DNA of 64,000 bases from Camelus dromedarius (lineage: Eukaryota), in the NCBI RefSeq assembly GCF_036321535.1, contig NC_087472.1:98830001-98894000 (forward strand). The letters run 5' to 3'. This document shows positions 25,456 through 38,599 of the stretch, one piece after another (within the stretch, counting starts at the first letter, position 1; each line of letters opens with the position of its first letter). The notes below the pieces were generated by a model. That model saw nothing but the letters and a program-made list of their open reading frames with translations. It made no database searches and was not told where the DNA came from. The position numbers and the translations under genes were made by a program.

Positions 25456-26024
25456 ACAGTGTCCTATAAATACCTCAAACTTAACATGCCCCAACCAATC
25501 TGTATTCCACTCCACCCTCACTCCTCCCACCCCCTGCTCAAACTGGGCTTGCCATTTGGTTTCTTTATTCACTTAATGATATCACAGCTCTGATATTTCT
25601 TGAGCAATTTCCAGACTCTGGATTTGCTTTTCTTCTTCAGGTTAGATCCCTACTCCTTCAACCTTCTACATTTATATCTACTTGCTTCAAATGTACATGA
25701 TGAAGCTTTGTCATTTTTCAAGACTCATCTCAGAAATCACCTCCTCCATGGGCCTTCTCTGGTCCTTTAATCAGGATGACTTTCTTTTTCCTTTGTGCTC
25801 CCACAGCACTAAAATTTAGTTGCTTATATATGGCTCTACCTTACTATGCTGTTAACCCTGAATTAAGGATACATTCTATTTATCTTTGCCTCCCCATCAC
25901 TTAAACCTAATGCCTTGTACATAGTAAGTCACTCAAATTATGATTTGTTAGTGGAAATGCTTCATGCTAAAGCTCTTCCCTGTCATAGATAATTATGCTT
26001 ATCACCACATCAAAGACATAATTG

Positions 26025-26183
26025 AGTATAAGCTGCATTGTTGTTTTATGTGCTAAATAAAATAAATTTTTAAATTGCCAATAAAACCATGATATGATAC
26101 ATGGTTGACTGTAAGATGCATCCTGATTTTTTAGATGTGAAATGTTTTAAAAAATTGCACCTTAGAATTTATGAAATACAGTA
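26025..26183. mobile_element. MER104-like (TcMar-Tc2) MITE
   Basis: gtaagatgcatcctgattttttagatgtgaaatg..gcaccttagaatttatgaaatacagta. Confidence 0.6.
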
Positions 26184-27066
26184 GTTATTGTGGTTTAATG
26201 GTTTAATAGCAGTATAATTTATTCTACAAAGCCATTAGTTATGGATAATTTGCCGTATATTTAAAACAGAAATAATTATTTTGGGTTAGATTCTCAAAAC
26301 CCTATAGCATGGATACTTACACTAATCCACTGATGCTTCATTTATTTTTGATGCTTATGCATTTGACAAATGTCTTCTCTGTTGTCAGAGGTATTTTCTT
26401 TAAGTATTATGGTATTTACGGTATTATGGTATTCTTCAGGTATATGGCTTGGGTCTAAAATTTATGAGGTTACATTTCAATTACATGATTTGAATGTCAG
26501 AGTCCTGACATTTGAGAAGGTGGCTATTTCACTTGTCTTTGTTTCTTCCTGCGCTCTCTAATCTGATGTTCTGGGAGGAGCTTGGGGAAGAAGTGCAGGG
26601 CTCATGACTCCTGACCTGGTGAAAGGGGTGGGCAGCCATGAGGAAGGGAGTCTCTGTAGAAATGGCAAGATGCAGGGACATTCTGGCATGGGCAAGTTTC
26701 CTAGGAGAAATCACCTCACCAAGAAATCCACAAAGAGTACGTATATTGTTTTCTAGGTAAAAAGAAAATGTTGTCCAGAGTGAAATCTGTTGCTTCTGAC
26801 TCTGATTGGCTTAGCTTGCTCTCGATCATGCCTCTGAGAGCCCCAATTGCATGTGGATGATAAGAGCTATGCAGATATTTCAGCTCAGTTTATCAAGAGC
26901 ACTGAAACAGGAAAGAGATGAATGAATGGTGATAAATTCATTAAAATGTTTTTTAAAATATCCTACTGCTTGCTGTGTAGTTTTGCTTCAAAAATTATGG
27001 GCAAATGGAAATATTTTCAATCTAATGTTCTCTTTTTCTTTTTCCTTCCTCCCTCCCCACCCCAAG

Positions 27067-27145
27067 GCCAAATCTAATGGAGTCTACTTTTCCGCTGTGT
27101 AAATAAGGCAGCGTCGTGCCCAGAGTTCCTCTCCTCCAGAGATGG
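27067..27145 (+). other. Candidate 79-nt spliced exon (5'UTR or lncRNA) of an unidentified host gene, ending in ATG-G
   Basis: Preceded by a branch-like tctaat, a ~35-nt pyrimidine tract and AAG|G, and followed by TGG|gtaagg. All three frames contain stops. It ends GAG ATG G (good Kozak context) and lies in a repeat-poor block. Confidence 0.4.
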
Positions 27146-28004
27146 GTAAGGGAATTTATCAGTCTTGTGTCCATCCCATCCCCCATCCCTCCCACGCGGA
27201 TACTTAAAATAACTGCAGAGTCATTGTACCAGAGGCTCCCTCAGCCAGCAGTTTCATAACAAAACAAGTGGGGAACGGGCTCTTCTGGGTGAAAACGAAG
27301 CTTCGCTGCTTATGTTTTGTTCAACCACAGCCATTTTGTCATTTAAAAAACCTGAGGCTACTTTGAAGCTTGGTTCCCTTGAAGGTTTCTGTGAATGTGT
27401 TCAGTGGATATATTAGCAAAAGCTCATTTAGCCAAAATGCCATATATGTTTTGGAAAGCAAAGAAAGCCTTTTTTGTTTGTTTTTAAGACAAATGTTCCC
27501 TGAAAATATTGACATTTTATTTCATTATTTAAATTCGACTGCAAGTATCTGGACCCTCAGACCGATATTTATTTTGCTTGCCTTCCCCTTTGCTAGAAAG
27601 AGAAAACATTAAAGATCACTCTCCACACTTTCACGAGCAGCTTTCACAAGGGTAATAGCTGTTGACATCTGTTTAAATTTGGGAGTAATTTGTTCCTTAC
27701 ATAACAGAATATTTCAGAAAGCACCAGAGCACAGGAGAGAGTGCGCTTGTCAAAAACAAGACTTTTAGTATGGGAATAAATTATTTAAATCACATTGCTT
27801 TCCAAAGCCCAGAGGACAAAGCTAAGGAGGTGGGGGCCTGGGGAATGAATGAGATTTAAGGTCTCTGGGCTTCAGTTAGAAAACATCTTGGGTGCAATCT
27901 GTTATTTTAAGAGCATTAGACTCTGATTTATGGTTAACACAGAAGGGTTCATGTGATTTGATATTTTTCAGTCCTGTGACTGCAATGTCTTCAAAGTCTA
28001 TCGA

Positions 28005-28190
28005 CCAGTTTCTCCAGGTATGGTTCTGGACTAGCAGCATAAGCATCACCTGGGAGCTTGTTAGAAATGCAAATTCTCAGCCCCTACCTGGACCTGATGA
28101 ATCAAAACTCTGGAGATGGGGCCTGGCAGTCTGTATTTTAACAAGGCCTCCAGGGGATTCTGATGAATGTTGAAATTTGAGAACTACTGG
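28005..28190. mobile_element. MER5A
   Basis: agcatcacctgggagcttgttagaaatgcaaattctcag..tttgagaactactg. Confidence 0.9.
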
Positions 28191-28499
28191 TCTAAGACAA
28201 TGGTCTTAGCTGAGTAATTTTCCTAAAGAATATATCTTTTCTCACCCATATTGATAATTTGAAATTGGCTTACCAGGTAAATAATCTTGTCGATTCCCAT
28301 CAAATGCATCTACAAACAAGTACCACTTGAGAGTAGTCAAGTGCATGAAGTTTAAGTGATCCTTATTTGCAGACAATAGAAAGCCTACTTACTGTTTTGT
28401 TATACATTATTCTAACACTGGTCCGTATCACAAATAAATTATTTGGGAAGCCCAAGGCAAGCACACCAGTCACAATCTTCAGCATCCTGGAGGATGGAG

Positions 28500-28852
28500 G
28501 CCTTCCTCAAATTTAGCCACTCCCACACATATAGTTTATCTTCCAGTGTCTGTGCCTTTGCATATTACTGTTCCCCTTGCCTGGAATACCATTCTGCCTT
28601 TCTAACCTGTCCTACCTTTTCTCCTTCAGTCCTGAAGAGGCCTTTCCTCAGCCCCTAAACTGGCACCTGGTCCTTCGCTGGTTCATAACTTCTAACATCA
28701 CACAGTTTTATAATTATTTTCTTGTCTCTCTATGCAGTAGTTTAGATACCACTTGAGTGAAGAGTTGTCTTTAATAACTGTATGCTTTAGTACCTAGCAT
28801 AGTACCTGGCTCACATTGGGGCTTAATAACATTCTGAATAAATGAATGAATT
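28500..28852 (+). mobile_element. L2 3' end
   Basis: tgcctttgcatattactgttccccttgcctggaat..cctagcatagtacctggc..aaatgaatgaa. Confidence 0.65.
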
Positions 28853-29802
28853 AAAAACCCCTTGCCCAATGTACAGGCAACTTGACAGTTCTCAGAAAGA
28901 AATTAAAATATTAACTGTAATCTCAGATATCACCCCTGTGGAGTAATCTCTCTTCTCCTTTAGTTTTAGTTCGTTAAAGAATAAAACAGAACAGGGATTA
29001 TATCAGCAGTGCACTGTGTTTTATATAGAATATTCAAAAGATATAAATGAGGGGTTAATATCTTCCTGGGAGAGCTAATTTCAAAGGGCTTTATTATTTT
29101 TTTGAAGAACTGTCACACCCTGTTGTTTAATTTTATAGAACTGTATTCATCTACCTTAGGCTAAATGTGCCTATCAGGAATATTTCACAATTTTAAACAG
29201 CAAGAAAGGTAATGAATGTTTCAAAAGGAAGTTGAAGACAGAGATATCGTGCCAGTACCTAGTAAGATAATTGAATGGATGAAGGATTAGTGCTTATTGT
29301 TTGGTAGCTAGATAAAATGCAGGAAAAAGCACAGTAGTCTAATAGAGGCAAAATGAAAGGAATAAGCACAGTTAGATGAAACAAATTAATGAAATGATGT
29401 GAATAAGCGATGAGGGCCAGGTGTCACTGACTATGCTATTTGCCCACTAAATATGTTGGGGAAAAAACTGCTGTGGTGAATACTTAGAAGTGACTTGCAC
29501 AGTAAGTTCCAAAATATTCACAACTTGGTACTGCATTTCGGTTTTTTTTGGTCCTTCAGTTCTAGTGGATTAGACAATTTTCTCCTCATCTGATATGTAT
29601 CCAAATGAGTGTAGAACTAATTGGCAAAATGGACATTTTTTTCCAGGATGCTGAACACAAATACTAATGGGTAGGAAGAATTGGCAACCCCATCTCTGAG
29701 GTCGTTTTGGAAAATTTTGCTCTTAAGCCCAAGACTAGATTTAGAAGATTGTCCATTGTCCTTCCCTTAAAGAATAGTCTTGGTTTAAAAGATGGCATGC
29801 AG

Positions 29803-29940
29803 GGGGAGGGTATAGCTCAGTGGTAGAGCACATGACTAGCATGCATGAGGTCCTGGGTTCAATTTCCAGTACCTCCTCTAAAAAAAATAAATAAGTTACC
29901 CCCCCAAAAAACAAAGAATTGAAAAGAGAAAATAAATAAA
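29803..29940 (+). mobile_element. vic-1-like SINE, full length
   Basis: ggggagggtatagctcagtggtagag..gggttcaatttccagtacctcc. Perfect 17-bp TSD taaaagatggcatgcag at 29786-29802 and 29941-29957. Confidence 0.93.
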
Positions 29941-31716
29941 TAAAAGATGGCATGCAGATGAGGCAGTCTGGATGGCACAGTGCTAACTCATGTAGGGAAT
30001 AAAATTATTTGATCTTACTACTCCCAGCTCTTTATTGTCAATATTCTTGTGTGGTAAGCCTGGAAAAGCAAAGAAAAGCCAAGAAAACTATTCGAAGGGA
30101 AGGGGAAAGTTCTTGTGTGAATGCTTAATATTAAAGCTTGGACTCAGAAGTCTAAGAATGATTCAGGTACTCTATTGTGTATGACATTGCTCAGGAAACT
30201 TGTCCTGTTTATTAAAAGACAGAGTTTTCTTATCCTATCCCTGCTGAGAAGCAAAAGAATTCCTTAACTCTTTACATAAGAACTAGAGAAAAGGACAATT
30301 TTATCAAAGACTGGTTACTAATTTGGAAATCAATATGTCAAATCAGGACATTTCATTAAGTAGAAGATGGCAGATATTAGCTTTAGCTGGATTTCATCAT
30401 CAAACAGTCATTGCCACCACATTTCTTCCCCATTATTTGTGCCTACCTACTCTTGGTAAATCAGGATACAAACCTGCTCATGAAAGTCAACAGTCACTGT
30501 GTGCTCACCACTGTCATCTCCCACACTCTGACCTAGACATACTAGGGATTAGGGGTTGAAATTAAGCACACTGTGTTTGACCTGGGTCCTAATATAATGT
30601 TTTGAAACAGAAACAAAGTTTTACATTTGGAGTTGAGGTCCATGTTTTAGTTATCAAGGAAGAGGTGGTAGAAAGGGTAGATTCATACTTTCAGGGTTAG
30701 AGAGATGAGATTTTACTTACATTTGATTGCTGTAAATGTTATCTCATCAAAAAATTGCTACCAAGAACGTGTAAAATAAAAAGCTTGTTTATGAAAGTGT
30801 GTAAAATCAAATGGGTTTATTATTTAGGATTTGCTCTCACCAAAACACAAAAGCTCAATGACTTTAAGGAAATTAGAATTTGACTTATTCCATAGTCTAA
30901 CCTGCCTGGTACACTATAAATGCATTTTCTTTGACAGGTTTATTCCTTCAGCTGTTTTGAGTTTAATTGGGGTCCTCTGTATAAACTACAGACAGCTTTG
31001 GGAAATGTGGCTGTTATTTATAGAACACCACAAGCCTACACTGTACTTTCAATAGAGCTTAAATTGGACTGAATCTCTCTCATGCGATCAGCTCTGGATT
31101 CTTTTCGGAGGAAGGGATAAAACTCACTGCAATTTTTTTTTGCCCCTGTGTTTGTAATACTAGAAAATAAAAAGAAGTTTTAAAATGCATTATGATTTAA
31201 TGAAAGAAGTGGGAGAAAAAGAAAGGAAACAGGATAGAATAATGGAGTTTTGAGCTTTTTTTCTAAGAAAATGCAGTACGACTAAATTACACCAGAATAA
31301 AATTGTCACAACAGACACCTGTGTGAGATATTCACAGAGAAAACTGGAGATTAGAGAACAGCCAGATGCCCAGCTAAGAGAGTGCTTCCTTTTGGAGAAT
31401 TTGCAAGGCCAAGGGAAAAACTCGAGTTACATGGAGATGTGGGATATGTTTTGGGGGATGGGGGCTGAAAGGTCTATGAAAAACAAGGAGACGGCATTAG
31501 GCTGTGGGAACATCAGGAAAATAAGACACGGTGGAGCCACAAGTGGGCGAGGAGAAAAAGAGAAGCGTGAAGAGGAAAGCACCAAGGGAAGAGGTGGGTG
31601 AGAAGGAGGAGGTAATGATGAAACTTACCCACAGACTACATTTGTGACTACAGAGGCATTTTAATCATCAGTACAGGGGAACATTCTCTGCGGGGACAGA
31701 GACAAGGTAGCGTGTG

Positions 31717-31843
<127 letters not shown>

Positions 31844-33964
31844 ATGGATGGCGGCACATCTCTAATTAGAAAGCTCTAGTTGGAAAAGCTCCATGTATGC
31901 CTGGATGGGACTGTCAGGCAGGGCTGGAATGAGCTGAGAAGCAGAAAGGAACTGAAAACCACCAGGCCTGAAGCCTCCGCTCTGTTATGGCAAAGAGTTT
32001 CCTTGATCCCCATTGAAAAAGTTTTGACAAGCCTCTAAATATTGTTCCATTTTTCAAGAGTATCTGGGAAATACTGTAATAAAACCACTGTAACTAATCC
32101 ATCTGATATGAGGCTCCAGAGAAACCTCAACAAGTGTCCATTTGGGAGAAAATGAAGATTAAAAACTATGCTCAAGGTCTTAATTAAACATTATGTTAAC
32201 TTTATGAATTTTCGGTTTTAAATATGAAACCACTGGACTTGTGATGATAACCAACTTGGGGAAACACTGTACTTTGCTTCCTATGAAGTAAGATGACTAT
32301 TATACCTCTTTTTCCATTACCTCCCTCAACCCCTAAATAGGCATGCATGTTACATTGAGGAGGCTTCTGGCATTCTGCACAGCCTTATATTTGAGTAGAG
32401 GAACTTTCAACACAGGCTTTGGAGGAGGAAATCTCATAAGCTTGGCCCATATATCATTACTAAAGATTGGACCTGGAGTTTATCACAATTATTTGTTCAC
32501 TTTCTCCTTCCCTCCCTCCCTCGATTCCTTCCCCAGACCTACAGAATCAGAATCTCCAGTGGTACATTCCAGGGATTTGGATTTTGTAAACAATCCTGTA
32601 AACCTGATGCAGTCAGGCCAGCACTGGTTTTGTGAACATTCTTAGAGGTTTCCAAATGTTCCCAGAGATTTCAAAACAGGACCTGCCTTCTGTGTAGGTA
32701 GCTGAGTAATCATAGATGATTTTAAGGACAGGAGGAAGAGCATTCCTGCCTCCAAATATCTTATATATATTTGGATTGATTTTTAAAATACATTTGGCAG
32801 TGGACGAGATCTTTCTATTCACATCAGGGTAAAGAGGTTTCTTTCTTTCTTTTTTTTTTTAGTATGTCTAAGGTGTAAATAATACATACAAGATAATTTA
32901 GTAAAAACAGTTGAGTGGGGGAGAGTAAGAAAGCACCTGAGGTACAACAATGGAGAAAGGGAGTGTCATCTCCCAGAGGAAGTAGGCAGATTTTAGTACA
33001 CTCTTCACAGTCCTGCTAAGGGTGGAGCATATTCAAAACCCAACAGTTTACCTATTTTTAAATAGAAGAAGGATGTTAGAATAAGGGTAAGACACATGGG
33101 AAAGTTAACAGTAAGGACACTTTGCTGCTAGTTGAGATAAGTCTAACAATTTTCTAAGACCTTAACAGAAAACCAGGAAAGCAAAATTCTTAAGATGTCC
33201 CCCTCCAAGATGTCTATCTTTGACATGGCACAAATAAATGCCCAGCATGTAACCGTATGATGAATAAAAGATGAATTTGTTGTAAAAGGCTTAGAGATAG
33301 ATGACATTTACATAATGATGTAAATTTGTACATAATGATGGAGAGTAGTTCATTTTTTTTGAAAGCTGATAATGCCAACACTTACGAAAGAAGTAGTTTC
33401 ATGTTAATTTTGAGTTCTTGAAATTTGGACAGTTTTTTCAAAGGAAAAAGACATACTTTCTACTCTTAGAAGGATCACAGAATTAGACAGCAGTCATGTT
33501 CCTTTTTTCCCAAGATCTGGGTGCTTTTCATCATTGCCAAACCCTAAAATTGAAAATCCCATAAAAATGAATTTTAATATTTTACTGCAAATTGCTATAC
33601 CATAGATGAATTCCAATTAGCCTTCTTTTTCTACTTTATAATTAGGAAATAGAGCTGGGTTGGGGGGAGAAGGGGGACATAATTCTGGGCAGTGGCCAGG
33701 GAAAAAAGTGTAAAAAATTATATTGAGCACATATTTACATAGTTTTACCATCTGTCTTCAATGACTTAATCTAGCCTTGCTTCAAGAAGAGGGTCTATGT
33801 CAGATAACTCAAAAGTGTTTCCAAAGTTTTGGTTCTCTCTTAATCAGGTACTTTACACAATTAAACACTGAAAAAATTGGAATAAGCAAGACTTGGGGAG
33901 GATTGGGTAGCTCTCTTTGGATGTGCAAAGTTGGCAAGTGGAAGAAGAAATAACTTTGCTTTAG

Positions 33965-34185
33965 AGGACTGAGCTACAATGAAAAGTTTAAAGTTACATG
34001 AAAGAGAGGCTCTACCCGATACAAATAAGAAATAATAAGTACAATAGATTGTCGTGCTGATACTCAGCTCTCTTTTCCTGGAATTCTATAAGCAGAGTCT
34101 GATGGCTGTCTGTCGATGATATTGTAGAAAACTGCAGTGGGTGGAAGAATGAACTGGGTGACCTTTCAGATTACTTCTGAACTAA
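33965..34185 (+). mobile_element. L3/CR1 3' fragment
   Basis: ttcctggaattctataagcagagtctgatggctgtctgtc..gaactgggtgacctttcagattacttct. Confidence 0.5.
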
Positions 34186-34215
34186 GGCTGGAAGGAAGGT
34201 GGGGGAATGTGGTAT

Positions 34216-34577
34216 TGTCTTAGGCTGGGTTGCACCAGAAGTAGACTTTCAGGCAAGGTTTTAAATGCAGGTGGTTTATTGAGAAGGTGATCCCAGGAAG
34301 TATCAGTAGTGGGGTGGGGATGTGAGTATTTCTGGGGACTTCTGGAACACATTTCCGAATTGTACTACCTAAAGAGTAAGAAAGCAGGGGTTTCTATCCT
34401 TCATTCTCATCGCTTCTGGCTGAAGACTGCTCTTTGGGAGGTTAAATCCCCAGCACTCCTGTTCTGCCCTGTGCAGGTGGAGAATCATGAGTCCTTGCAG
34501 GTAGAATGCTGTGGGCGAGCATGGAGTAGTTGACAAGTGCAAAGGGTATGACTGGGGCATGACAGAATCTGCTGTAG
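34216..34577 (-). mobile_element. LTR33-type ERVL LTR
   Basis: tgtcttaggctgggttgcaccagaagtagac..gtttattgagaaggtgatcccaggaag. Confidence 0.7.
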
Positions 34578-35257
34578 TTGTAGAGCTCTGGCTATGAAGT
34601 TAGGCTGATCTGGATTTGGTGTTTACCTCTCCTTATTAGTGCTATGACTTTAGACAACTTATTTAGCCTCTCTGGGTCTGTTCCTTATCAAAAAGTCAGA
34701 GATGACGCAGATGCCACACAGTGTGATTGTTGAAATTCGATAAAGTAGCGAACTTAAAGCGCTTAACACATAGAAGGATCTAAAAACGGTAGCTTTTGTT
34801 ACTATAAGAATAAATCTTGCTTCTCAGATCTCAGATGAGCTCAATCCAAAAATAGTAAGACATTAAAATCTTAAATGCTGGCAAAAGACTTTACAGGTAA
34901 TACAAATGCTAAAGTAAAAAAGTTTAAACTACCATAGAATTTAATCAGAAATTATTTTTCTTTCTTATGTAGCAACTAACAATTACATAATATTTATTGA
35001 CTACCAAGTAAATGTCTGGCACTACTAAATTCACAATGAACATAAAATGCCTATTTGTTCTTCAAGATTTGCCTTAAGCAGCTTTTTCTGTAGGCTACCA
35101 CCTTTGTAGCTGTGAAGGATAGAATTATTTTACAGCTAGACTGAGACACTGACGGATACTGACTCTTGGCCACGATAACCGCAGTGGGCTAACTAATGAT
35201 TCATTAAAATGCTGTTTAAAGTTTGACACTCCCCTGGCAGCACCTGGGGTTGGTTTA

Positions 35258-38065
35258 ATTTTTTTCTTTCAGTTTTCTTGAGATATAGTTGACATATAAC
35301 ATTGTATAACAATGATTTGATACACGTATATATTGTGAAATGATTACCACCAGTAAGTTTAGTTAATATCTATCACCTTACATAGTTACAATTTTTTCCT
35401 TATAATAAGGACTTTTAAGATCTACTCTCTTAGCAGTTTTCAAATATGCCATACAGTATTTTTAACTACAGTCACCATGCTGTCTGTACATTACATCCCC
35501 AGAACTTATTTATCTTATAACTGGAGGTTTATACTTTCCACCACCTTCACTCATCTGCCCTTCCCCAGCTCCCCGCCTTTGGCAGCCAGCAATCTGTTCT
35601 CTGTTTCTATGAGATCAGTTTTATTAGATTCTATATAAAAGTGAGATAATACAGCATTTAATACAGTATTTCTCTTTTTCTGGCTTATTTCACTTAACAT
35701 AGTGCCCTCAAGGCTCATCCATATTGTTGCAAATAACAGGATTTCCTTTTTTTAATGGCTGAGTAATATTCTCTATATATTCTATATGTATGTCATTATC
35801 CATTCATGTGGATGGTCACTAGGCTGTTTCTATGTCTTGGCTATTGTAAATAAATGCTGCAATGAACACAGGGGTGCAAATAACTCTTCAAAATAGTGAT
35901 GTCATTTCCTTTGTATATATACCCAGAAGTGGTAGAATTGCTACATCATAAAGTAGTCCTATTTTTTAAAAAATTATTTATTTATTATCTGTTTATTTTT
36001 TAGAGAAGTCTGTGCCTTTATTGGCCAAGCTAGTCAAGAGGAATGAAGCTGGAGGAGTGGGTGGCCCTGATGCCCGGGTGGCTTGTGCTTCAGCAGCTTG
36101 TAGGTGATTGAGAACTCACCCACGTAGTGGCCAATCATGATTTCCACCTGGTTGAAGGTCTTGCAGTTGTAGACGCCCACCGTCTCGGACAGGATGATTA
36201 TTTCCCACAGGTGCATTTCACAACCTCAGGCTTCTCCGTGGGCAGTGCCTCCATCTTGGTCTTGCTCAGACACTTCAGCAGTGAGTGCTCCTTCCTGCTG
36301 GCCCAACTTAGCTACTGCCAGGGCCGGGTGCTATACAACTGCATCAGCTGCTTATAGGATTTGCCCAGCTGCTGGTTGACGTCCACAAGTGAGGTAGGTG
36401 AACTCGTGGAAGATCTGTTTGTTTTGCTCCACTTCCACCACCTTGTCAGTTTTGAGGAAAGGTTAGTAGTCCTATTTTTAATTTTGTGAGGAGCTTCTGT
36501 TCTGTTTTCCATAGTGCTGCACCAATTTACATTTCCACCAACAGGGCACAAGGGTTCCCTTTTCTCCACATCCTTGCCAACATTTATCTCTAATCTTTTT
36601 GCTAATAGCCATTCTAACAGGTGTGAAGTCCTATCTTATTGTGGTTTTGATTTGCATTTCTCTGATGATTAGTGACGCTGAGTACATTTTCACGTGCCTG
36701 TTGGTCATCTGTGTGTCTTCTTTGGAAGAATGTATATTTGGATTCTTTGCTCATTTTTAAATTGGATTACTTGTCTCTTATTAAGTTATATGAGTCCCTT
36801 ATATATATTTGGATATTAACTGCTTATCAGATGTGTGGTTTGCAAATATTTTCTCCCATTCTGTAAGTTGCCTTTTCATTTTGTTGTTTCCTTTGTTGTG
36901 CAGAAGCTTTTTAGTTTTATATGGTCACACTTGTTTATTTCTTATTTTGCTGCTTGTGCTTTAGGCGTCATATACAATAAATCATTGCCAAGACCAGTGT
37001 CAAGGAGCTTCTCCCCTATATTTTCTTCTAGGAGTTTCATGGTTTCTGGTCTTACATTTAAGTCAAAGGTATTTCCAGTTAATTTTTGTGAGTGGTGTAA
37101 GGTAAGGATCTAGTTGGGGCTTTTTTGTTTGTTTGGTTTTTCTTTGTTTGTTTTTTTGGTGTGTGAATACCCTATTGCCCAGCACTGGTTATTAAAGAGA
37201 CTGCCTTTCTCCCATTGAGTCCATTGAATATTCTTGGTTCCCTTGTCAAAAATTAGTTACTTGTGTATGCAAGGGTTTATTTCTGGGCTCTCAATTCTGT
37301 TCCACTGATATGTCTTTTTATGCCAATACTATACTATTTTTATTATTATACCTTTGTAATGTAGTTTGAAATCAGGAAGTGTGATGCCTCCAACTTTGTT
37401 CTTCTTTTTCAGGATTGCTTTGTCTATTCAGAGTCTTTTGTGGTTCCAAACAAATTTTAGCATTGTTTTTTCTATTTTTGTTAAAAGAGAGAAAGAAAGA
37501 AAGAAAGAAAGAAAGAGCACACTTGGAATCTTTATAGAGATTACATTCAATCTATAGATAGCTTTGTATAGTGTGGACAGTTTAACAGTATTAATTCTTC
37601 CAGTCCATAAACATAGGATATCATTCAATTTATTTGTGACTTCTTTAGTTTCTTTCATCAGTACCTTACAGTTTTCAGTGTGGAGATAGTTCATCAACTT
37701 GGTTAGATTTATTCCTAAGGATTTTATTGTTTTTGATGCTACTGTAAATGGGATTGGTTCTCTTTTCTTTTTCAGATAATTCATTGTTAGTGTATAGAAA
37801 CACTACTGATTTGGGGGTATGTTGATTTTGTACCCTGCAGTTTCACTCAGTTTGTTGATTAGATCTAACAGGTTTTTTTGGCAGAATCTTGAGGATTTTC
37901 TATTTATAAAATCGTGTAATCTGCAGATGGATAAAATTTTACTTCTTCCCTTATAATTCTTATGCCTTTTATTTATTTTTATTGCCTGATTGCTCTGGCT
38001 AGGACTTCCAGTACTATGTTGAATAGAAGTGGTAAGCGTGGGTACCCTTGTTTTATTTCTGAGCT
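35258..38065 (-). mobile_element. L1 (~2.3 kb of 3'UTR and ORF2 C-terminal part), interrupted by the RPS15 retrocopy
   Basis: ORF 37428..37784 gives degenerate L1 ORF2 peptide (IPFTVASKTIKSLGINLTK..GRINTVK..KAIYRLNVISIKIP). The L1 sequence is continuous across 35952/36479. (GAAA)n at ~37490-37515. Confidence 0.95.
35967..36464 (-). pseudogene. RPS15: Processed pseudogene of 40S ribosomal protein S15 (uS19), full length and disabled
   Basis: Minus-strand translation gives (M>V)[89 protein letters not shown], matching RPS15. It is intronless. The start codon is mutated to GTG (36441), there are frameshifts and an internal stop, and the terminal stop is at 36030-36032. AATAAA lies at 36017-36022, followed by a decayed poly(A) tail. 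TSD agtagtcctattttt at 35952-35966 and 36465-36479. Confidence 0.95.
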
Positions 38066-38599
38066 AGGGCCAGTTTATCGATGTTTTACACCTGGTGTAG
38101 CCAGGCAGAGAGTCTAGTTTGGTTGTATGATTGGAAGGTCATGGAAGAATCTGCTGGAAACTTTTAGGGAGCTCTCCCTAAACAGAGATTCATTGTCTTT
38201 CACACCCTTGGGTGGAAGACCTTGGGGAGCTGCGCTTGGAAGTCTCTTGAGATGTCTGTGAATGTGTTTAATTATCTGGTCCTATTGTAGTCCTTGAGGG
38301 AGTACTGATCCTACCAGGTTGTGTTTGGCTATCTACCTATATGTCTTCCCCACTAGACGTGAGAGTTTCTTAGGGCAAGAACCCTGTGTGCATATTGTTT
38401 GCTATTGTATCCTTCATACTGATAACATTGCATGGTACACCATGAATAGGCAAAAATATATTTTGGATAAAATGAGTGAATGAAAATGTGATACAAAGCA
38501 GTAGTTGATATCATAGAAAAGGCTAGATGTTTATTAACTTAAATCCACAAACATTTATTTAATGCCTTTTATGTGTAAAACATTATGGTAATTGTTTTT

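Noticed and set aside
29803..29880. tRNA-Ala gene calls (also at 8349, 10410 and 18105)
   Set aside because: They have A-rich tails, TSDs in the full-length copies and broken stems, so they are SINEs and not tRNA genes.
37428..37784. ORF with L1 ORF2 similarity as a functional gene
   Set aside because: Fragment of a decayed L1, interrupted by a (GAAA)n expansion and surrounded by frameshifts.
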